Origin: Paraspadella gotoi
Lineage: Eukaryota; Animalia; Chaetognatha
Reading direction: 5' to 3'
Assembly: GCA_051294375.1 (NCBI GenBank)
Contig: JBJCIZ010000117.1
Location: 1-5,546 of the forward strand
DNA: 5,546 bases
The translations under genes and the position numbers were made by a program. Every line of letters starts with the position of its first letter. The stretch's first letter is position 1. The notes under the pieces were generated by a model. The model saw nothing but the letters and a program-made list of their open reading frames with translations. It searched no databases and was not told where the DNA came from. Below, one piece after another: positions 1 to 5,546 of the stretch.

Positions 1-40
1 GAATTATTCCTAAATGAATAGTTCCATTCGAGAGGCCACA
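1..40 (-). repeat. 5' start (U3) of the 3' LTR, truncated by the window edge
   Basis: Begins TGTGGCCTCTCG directly after the PPT. TGTGGC is the inverted repeat of the GCCACA ending the other LTR fragment. LTR-LTR identity cannot be checked because the two fragments are opposite ends. Confidence 0.8.
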
Positions 41-49
41 TCCCCCGCT
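41..49 (-). promoter_or_regulatory. Polypurine tract (short)
   Basis: Minus strand AGCGGGGGA immediately precedes TGTGGC, the start of the 3' LTR. Confidence 0.75.
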
Positions 50-258
50 GATGAAATATATAGTGTAAAATAATCGAAAAATATTTCATAAATAATTGTT
101 GTCGTCCNNNNNNNNNNGATAGTATGATGAAAAATACACATTTAATATTTACAATAAAAAGGGTTCAATAATTTATAAAAAATAGACCGACTGACTTGTA
201 AAATAATGTTTGTAATAATACAAACAACAACCAAAAATTCAAAATTTCATAAAATATT

Positions 259-291
259 AAAATACTTTAAATATCAAAATACTTTAAATAT
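259..291. repeat. 16-bp direct duplication (17-bp period) in the AT-rich 3' UTR
   Basis: aaaatactttaaatat at 259-274 and 276-291. Confidence 0.8.
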
Positions 292-370
292 ACTGCTATA
301 CGTTCTGCCGGAGTCGATGCCGAGGATGCTGATGGAGAGAAGATGGATCAAGACCGACTCCGGTGGTTCG

Positions 371-3300
371 TTAAGGCAGAGGATGGATTTTGCCTTTTGT
401 TTTTGTTTCGTTGTTGTTGTTCTCGTTTTCTTTCTGATGCCGCTGCAGCATCTCCTTCAGTACCACCGCGTATGTAGGTCTGTAAGGCTTGTTTGAAAAG
501 TTCCCCATCGTAGGCCTCGAAAACCTACACGTTGGCTCGATTTCTTTGTTTTCGGGTTTGTTGTTGTTGTTGTTTTCCTCTTTTCCCGTCTTCGGCGGAG
601 TAGCGTTGCGTGGAAGCTCGGGAGAAGATGAAGATGGGAGGAAAAAACGTTGAGGGGATACAGGTGGGTTGGGGAGAGAGTGGGGGTCATTGGGGTAAGT
701 TGGGGAAGTTGGGGGAGGAGGAGGAGGAGGAGNNNNNNNNNNAGAAGGAGGAGGAGGAGGTGACGCGGCGCGCAGATTTCTTGATCGAGTTGTTCTCGTC
801 GTCTCCGCGGGTTGCCTCGTTCTGGGACCTGGTCGACGGCCCGGAGCTCGCTCCTGGTGTGGTTCTTGATCCTCCAGTTCCTCGTCGTCATCGCTAATCC
901 ACGCCGGTTTGACNNNNNNNNNNTGACCGTCTCTCTTCCGGTGCTGGGTATATCGATGGTGATGTTGAGTCCGTTTCGATGCGTGACGCGATAGGGACCT
1001 TCATAAGGGGGGACAAGGGGAGGTTGAACACCTGCTCGCCTCACAAAAACATACTTAGCCGTGTCGAGACTCGTTGGAAGGTGTATCGCCGGTTGACGAT
1101 GAGCGGACGTTGGCGTTGGTTGTAATCGCGCGACTTCTACTCTCAATTTTGAAAGTTGATTTCGTCGTTGATTGTTGAGCAGGTTGTTGTTGTTCTGGGC
1201 GTCGCCTAATAAGGTGCCAGGTACGCCGATGCCTTCGCCGAACACTAGGTCGGCTGCTGACGCCCCTATATCCTCTTTGATAGTCGTTCTAATCGCTAGT
1301 AGAGTTAGAGGGAGTTTCCAAAACCATCGCTCNNNNNNNNNNTTCGCTAAGGCCATTAGTGATTCTTTAAGTCTTCGATGAAAACGTTCCACTAAGCCAT
1401 TAGCCTGTGGATGATAGGCTGTAGTGGTCTGACTTTTTATTCCCCACTGTTTTGTGAGCTGTTTCCAGAGTGTCGAAGTAAACTGGCTACCTCTGTCGGT
1501 GGTGATGATAGATGGCGTTCCAAAAACGCTTATCCAGTTCNNNNNNNNNNCATCGAGTATTGTAGGCGTTAGAGTATTGCTTATTGGGATTGCCGTTGGC
1601 CAGCGGGAAAATCTGTCGACTATGGTTAGCAAATATGAAAAACCGTTAGATTTAGGCATTTTCACTAGATCTAAGTTTAAATGCTGAAACCTTCGAGCTG
1701 GGATTTTAAATTCCCCTATTTCTGGCACTGTGTGTTTGTGGATCTTTGCCTTTTGGCAAGCTAAGCAATCACGTGACCAGCGAGTGATGTCTTGGCGCAT
1801 ATTGGTCCATACAAATTTCGCGGTAACTGCCTTTCGCGTAGCCTCGACGCCTGGATGGCCGAGGCCATGGATGATGTCGAATATTTTTCGGCGATATGAC
1901 GCCGGTACGAATGGGCGTGCCGGTCCGTTAGATATATCGGCGAAAAGTTCTTGATCTCCTACCCTGATTTTTCTGAAGGTAAGTCCAGTTCTAGCGTCGT
2001 TTGCGATTCTCTGGAATTCAGCGTCGAGAACTTGTTCCTTGGCCATTTGCTCAAAATTCACTTCAAAGCTCGTCAGAGAGGCGATGAGGGCGTTGACGTC
2101 CTCTAGTCGGTCCTGTTTGACTGGTCGTTCGCTTCTCTCGTCGTCTTTTTTCTCCGCGATCGAGGCGTGAGTGAATTCTGTTGATTTTTTCGCGGTAGCT
2201 GTCTTTTGGCTGTTCTGCGTGGCCGAGTCATTTCTAATTATCGCGTTTTCGTCGAGTGGTTTCGTGGTAGCTGTCTTTTGACTAGCCTGGACATTCGCGA
2301 TTGTTTTTGGCGGCGTTTCTTCATTCGAATCGTTCGCGGTAGATGTCGTTTGGCTGTTTTTCGATGTCGAATTTGTTTTAAACGCTTTTTTCTCGCCTTC
2401 TGATTTCTCGGTCGTCTTTGTTTCGCTCGTCGAAGTATTTGAGGCGATTTTCTCTGTTGTTGACGGAGCATTTGGTCGAGAGAGAGCGTCCGCCACTACA
2501 TTTGCCTTCCCTTGCAAATAGCGGATATCTGTAGTGTATTCAGCTATCGCTGATAGTTGAAAAGATTGTCGAGCGGTCTGAGGTTCGGTTTTTTTCCTGA
2601 TCGCCGAGACGAGGCTCTGGTGATCTGTGTATATGGTGAAGGCCCTGCCTTCCACCCAGTGACGGAAATGCCGAACGGCCCTGAATGCCCCGAACAGCTC
2701 TCTATCGAACGGTGGCCACAATTTCTGATTTTTAGCGAGTTTGGCCGAAAAAAACGCTAAAGGTTCCCAACCTTTCGGCCCTCTCTGCTCCAATACAGCG
2801 CCGACTGCATGATCTGACGCGTCTGTTGTTATACACAATTGTGCGCCTGTGCGGGGATGGTGGAGGAGGGCGGCTGATATGAGGCCTTCCTTAATCGACT
2901 CGAATGCTTTCTCGCAGTCTGCCGTCCACTCTAGCTTCTTTGGCTTCCCGCTTAGTGCTTCGTATAGCGGAGCGCATCGATGGGCCACTTTTGGAATGAA
3001 CCTACGATAGTAGTTTATCATACCAAGGAACCTTTGGAGTTCCTTGATAGATGTAGGTCTTGTTGTCTCTTGCAGAGTTTGCACTCTCTCTGGGAGAGGG
3101 CGGNNNNNNNNNNTGTCGACGAGGAACCCGAGGAATTCCAGCGACTCTTGCCCTAGTAGACACTTTTTGGTGTTGACCACCAGTCCATTTGTGTCTAACG
3201 CTCTGAAGACACGTTCCAGGTCCTCTAGATGTTCTTCTGGGGATGACGATGCGACCAATATGTCGTCTAAATAGACGAACGTGTGTGGTATATCACCCAG

Positions 3301-4284
3301 AATCTCATCCATTAGACGCTGGAAGTCTTGCCCAGCGTTCTTCAAGCCGAATGGGCATCTTGGAAACACGTATAGCCCAAACGGCGTGATCACAGCCGTT
3401 TTCTTAACATCGTCTGGGTTGACCGGGATCTGATGGTAACCTTTCAACAGATCGATCTTAGAAAATATGGTTTTACCTTCAAGCTGAGCGTTGAAATCTG
3501 ATAGTAGCTTGACTGGGTAGCGGTCCTCTATGGTTTGTGCGTTTAGCCTGCGGTAATCACCGCAACATCTCCAACCCCCGTCGGGTTTTGACACGACGTG
3601 GAGTGGAGAGGACCACTCTGATTTACCTCGTTTTGCTATCCCGAGTGAAACCATTTTTTCAAGCTCCCTTTTCGCTACCGCGAGCTTTTCTGGATCGAGT
3701 CTGCGGGCTCTTGATTGACATGGATGACCTTCTGTAGGTATAGAGTGTGTTACGCCATGTTTCGGCTCTTTCATTTCGAAAGTTGGCGTCGATAACGAGG
3801 GGAATGACTCGAGCAGCTTGTAATACTTCTCTCCCTTTCTGTCGACGAAATTAACATGGGCGGCGGTTTCGTTGGATATTGACGCCGCTATGGTTGACAT
3901 GTCTTTGAGATCTATGAGGAGGCCATCGCGATGATTGGGCGCTAAGAAGTGTTCCGCCAAAAAATCCGCGCCCAATATATTTTGTTTTACATCAGCGACT
4001 ACAAAACTATAATCGAATTTTCGATTACCTAATTGTACAGTTCTTTCTGTTGTCCCATAGCAATTTATTGATGACCCGTTCGCTGCCTGGAGTTTGATCT
4101 GTGGATCGGGACCTTTTGCTCTTTGCTGTGATGTTGGTGGAACGATGGACAACAGGGCGCCTCCGTCTACAAGCCATCGAGTCTTGTCCCCGGCGTCTCG
4201 AATGAATATGAGGTTATTTGACGCCGGTGAACGGGTTGACTCAGGGGGGACGGCGGCGTTCACTTGCGTCGCCCCCCTCTGGAG
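371..4284 (-). CDS. pol: Pol polyprotein (protease, reverse transcriptase, RNase H, integrase), expressed as a Gag-Pol frameshift fusion; C-terminus probably continues in the -1 frame after the N block at 914-923
   Basis: PR: WLVDGGA...NILGADFL. RT: WSSPLHVV, DYRRLN, KIDLLKGYHQIP, PFGLKNA, YLDD (3273-3262). RH: TTDASD, DRELFG, YTDH, NVVADALSR. IN: H-x3-H...C-x2-C, D(1671)...D(1497)-35-E(1389), PPYEGPY. The track ORF is 457-4263 with a GTG start; the 3' end at 371 is inferred. Confidence 0.92.
714..760. repeat. (GAG)n / (CCT)n trinucleotide run, partly N-masked; poly-Pro in the inferred pol tail frame
   Basis: gaggaggag... on both sides of the N block at 733-742. Confidence 0.8.
900..2060 (-). 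other. Integrase: HHCC zinc-binding, DD35E core and GPY/F module (approximate bounds)
   Basis: IHGLGHPG...CLACQKAK, HLNLDLV, TTDRGSQF, YHPQANGLVERFHR, PPYEGPYRV, ETV...VKPA. Confidence 0.92.
2140..2427 (-). repeat. Degenerate tandem repeat, 4 units of 72 bp (24 aa), in the RH-IN linker
   Basis: Plus-strand cores ttcgcggtagctgtcttttggct (2189), ttcgtggtagctgtcttttgact (2261), ttcgcggtagatgtcgtttggct (2333) and ttctcggtcgtctttgtttcgct (2405) are exactly 72 bp apart. Confidence 0.8.
2476..2840 (-). other. RNase H domain, Ty3-type (approximate bounds)
   Basis: TTDASDHAVGAVLEQ, FDRELFG, IYTDHQSL, GKANVVADALSR; the expected D/E/D/D residues are present. Confidence 0.9.
3100..3700 (-). other. Reverse transcriptase core (approximate bounds)
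   Basis: Conserved Gypsy RT blocks including YLDD at 3273-3262 and LEFLGF. Confidence 0.93.
3930..4215 (-). other. Retropepsin-like aspartic protease domain (approximate bounds)
   Basis: LIFIRD...RWLVDGGALLSIVP...LQAANGSSINCYG...FVVADVKQNILGADFL. Confidence 0.85.
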
Positions 4285-4290
4285 TTTCCC
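4227..4290 (-). promoter_or_regulatory. -1 programmed ribosomal frameshift signal: slippery heptamer G_GGA_AAC plus predicted H-type pseudoknot
   Basis: Heptamer at 4290-4284 is in gag frame (GAG GGA AAC), followed by a 6-nt spacer. Stem 1 is 4277-4267 with 4255-4245; stem 2 is GUGAACG 4263-4257 with CGUUCAC 4233-4227. pol is -1 to gag and open from 4332. Confidence 0.85.
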
Positions 4291-5321
4291 TCCTTCTTGC
4301 GTTGTACTTCCTCGAAACGAGCGCAGCCTGGGTCACACGACCATGCCTCATCACCAAATTTGATATGTTTTGCACAGAGAGTTGTGAGCTTGGCTCTCGA
4401 TTTTCCTTTCTGAGCTGGCTGAGGTCGTCGTTTGGCGCCGGAATGTTTTTTGAATCTGGCGTCGACTGCGTGGATGGCGTCTCCATCTTCTGATTCGCTC
4501 TCGAATTGCTCGTGGCGATCCTTGTTGACGTGGCTGATTAGCGATGACGTCTGACGGATTTTAAGATTTCCATCGACGTCGAAATGTTTGTCGGCTAATT
4601 GGCAGAGCTCATGGGCGCTTAAGTCGTCGGCCTTCTCTTCCAATTGTCGTCTTACTTCAAGCGGCATTTCCCTCAGAATTTTCTCCTTTCTAATGTCGTC
4701 GATGTTGATTGTCTTAGTCTTCTCTTCTAGCTGTGCTAGCATTTTCGAAGGCTTTGCTGATTCGACGTCGAGAGCATCAAGGATATTAGCTGCTTGTTGT
4801 CTACGCGTGAGGCCATATTCTTTTCGAAGATATGCCACGAATTGGTTCCAGGTCTCTTCAGTAGCGTCACCAAAGAGAAATTTGTTTATGGTAGGGTCGA
4901 CGTTTATTCCGATCTTAGACTCAAGATGCGCGAATTTGTTTTTTGGCGCTGTGATCCCCGATCGAGTATAAGCGGCCTCTACTCTTTTCAGCCATATTTC
5001 TATGTTTGAAGTGNNNNNNNNNNGAAGCTCTGGCTTCCGGTTGGACGCGCGTTCGAGGGCGCGCGTGGCGGCGGCGAGGGCGGCGCGCAATTCATCATTC
5101 TCGTCCTGCCAATCGCGTGGAGCTGCGTCGTTCGTCGCCATGGCGTTATTTCTGGCGTTTCCTACCGCGAAGTCGAAGGATGGAGAGACGTCGGCTATGA
5201 CCGGCGACGTCGAGTTAGATCGGTGCCCTCTACCGAAGCCGATGGGTAGTTGCAATCTTGATGAATCGCTGGCGTCTCGTTGCGCTGAGCGAAGTCGAGA
5301 TCGAAGGTCTTGCCCGTTCAT
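4260..5321 (-). CDS. gag: Gag polyprotein (capsid-like region plus CHCC nucleocapsid knuckle)
   Basis: Open frame 5402-4260. First in-frame ATG at 5321 (353 aa); an alternative ATG in strong context GCCATGG at 5141 (293 aa). Contains KPELxxxxTSNIEIWLKRVEAAY, resembling the LPxF...W motif of this gag family, and CAKHIKFGDEAWSCDPGC at 4376-4323. Ends RGGRRK-TGA. Confidence 0.9.
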   Translation of the reverse strand: MNGQDLRSRLRSAQRDASDSSRLQLPIGFGRGHRSNSTSPVIADVSPSFDFAVGNARNNAMATNDAAPRDWQDENDELRAALAAATRALERASNRKPELXXXXTSNIEIWLKRVEAAYTRSGITAPKNKFAHLESKIGINVDPTINKFLFGDATEETWNQFVAYLRKEYGLTRRQQAANILDALDVESAKPSKMLAQLEEKTKTINIDDIRKEKILREMPLEVRRQLEEKADDLSAHELCQLADKHFDVDGNLKIRQTSSLISHVNKDRHEQFESESEDGDAIHAVDARFKKHSGAKRRPQPAQKGKSRAKLTTLCAKHIKFGDEAWSCDPGCARFEEVQRKKEGNSRGGRRK

Positions 5322-5489
5322 TGATGTGATTCGTGACTCCGTTGATTCGTTGGGGAATATGGGGGTGGAGAGGGAAAAAGCATAAGCATAATCGGGCAAC
5401 AAGCTTAATTCCCACTTCCTCGCCCGATCTTACCTCAGAGAGAGTAGATTTTCGCTGTATTCCCCCGTTCAGAAGGTTGGTTTGGTTTG

Positions 5490-5504
5490 ACGTTGGTCTC
5501 ACCA
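5490..5504 (-). promoter_or_regulatory. Primer binding site, probably tRNA-Trp
   Basis: TGGTGAGACCAACGT lies 2 nt inside the LTR end. It matches 12/15 positions of the animal tRNA-Trp complement TGGTGACCCCGACGT (recalled). CsRn1-type elements are reported to use tRNA-Trp. Confidence 0.75.
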
Positions 5505-5506
5505 TG

Positions 5507-5546
5507 TGTGGCAAGCTCCAGGAGGCCAGCCACAGCGTGACGAAGG
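5507..5546 (-). repeat. 3' end (U5) of the 5' LTR, truncated by the window edge
   Basis: Minus strand reads ...GCTTGCCACA|CA|TGGTGAGACC. GCCACA is the inverted repeat of the TGTGGC that follows the PPT at position 40. A 2-nt spacer separates it from the PBS. Confidence 0.8.

Larger units (their letters stand above)
1..5546 (-). mobile_element. Ty3/Gypsy (Metaviridae) LTR retrotransposon, probably CsRn1/Kabuki/Boudicca-like; full internal region plus partial LTRs
   Basis: gag followed by pol with PR-RT-RH-IN order (Gypsy order). Gag has a C-x2-H-x9-C-x3-C knuckle. A PBS starting TGGTGA and a PPT abut TG...CA LTR termini. The lineage call rests on the CHCC motif, Trp-like PBS and -1 gag/pol arrangement, not on a phylogeny. 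Confidence 0.95.

Noticed and set aside
48-107. Hammerhead-like words CTGATGA...GAAA...GTC on the plus strand
   Set aside because: No stem II closes between CTGATGA and GAAA, and no convincing stems I or III could be formed.
206-496. 96-aa plus-strand ORF with a hydrophobic stretch (possible antisense or env-like membrane protein)
   Set aside because: The FCFCFVVVVLVFF segment is simply the antisense reading of AAC/AAA repeats. There is no signal peptide, furin site or other env feature.
610-897. Gly/Glu-rich plus-strand ORF
   Set aside because: Antisense shadow of the Pro-rich tail with a non-ATG start.
457-912. C-terminal ~150 aa of the track's 1268-aa ORF (SNRRGLAM...HTRWY)
   Set aside because: The family motif VKPA lies in the -1 frame after the N block, so this frame is probably open only because of low-complexity composition. 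Not fully excluded.
2140-2427. CRISPR-like reading of the 72-bp core/spacer repeat
   Set aside because: The cores are degenerate and lie in frame inside a eukaryotic pol ORF, with no cas genes or leader.
4588-5385. Two 127-aa plus-strand ORFs and other short ORFs antisense to gag or pol
   Set aside because: These are shadow frames of the coding strand with no independent motifs.
5461-5467. TCCCCCG shared between the leader and the PPT (41-47)
   Set aside because: A 7-nt match is too short to support a second PPT or an end-to-end interaction.
5430-5504. Possible tRNA gene on the plus strand ending in CCA
   Set aside because: No full acceptor stem, D arm or TTCRA T-loop. The similarity is better explained as a primer binding site.
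5230-5514. 94-aa minus-strand ORF crossing the LTR end and PBS
   Set aside because: No recognisable motif, and its only early ATG overlaps the PBS start. Treated as incidental.

Overview
The window holds the whole internal region of a Ty3/Gypsy LTR retrotransposon on the minus strand, most likely of the CsRn1/Kabuki/Boudicca-like lineage and probably from an invertebrate host. About 40 bp of each LTR lies at the window edges. In element orientation the order is: end of 5' LTR (...GCCACA, 5507), PBS (TGGTGA, tRNA-Trp-like), leader, gag with a CHCC knuckle, pol in the -1 frame (PR-RT-RNase H-linker insert-IN with GPY), AT-rich 3' UTR, short PPT, and start of 3' LTR (TGTGGC, 40). No env or chromodomain is visible. 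The main observations are: (1) a G_GGA_AAC slippery site followed by a predicted H-type pseudoknot; (2) an apparently bipartite PBS with a second 11-nt box matching tRNA-Trp nt 39-49; (3) a 4 x 72-bp (24-aa) degenerate repeat inserted between RNase H and integrase; (4) a 180-aa integrase C-terminal tail in a frame the ORF track misses, entered across an N block; (5) a DGG protease motif; (6) a uORF joined to gag by an AUGA overlap. Several 10-nt N blocks limit certainty. No searches were run, and family and tRNA comparisons are from memory.
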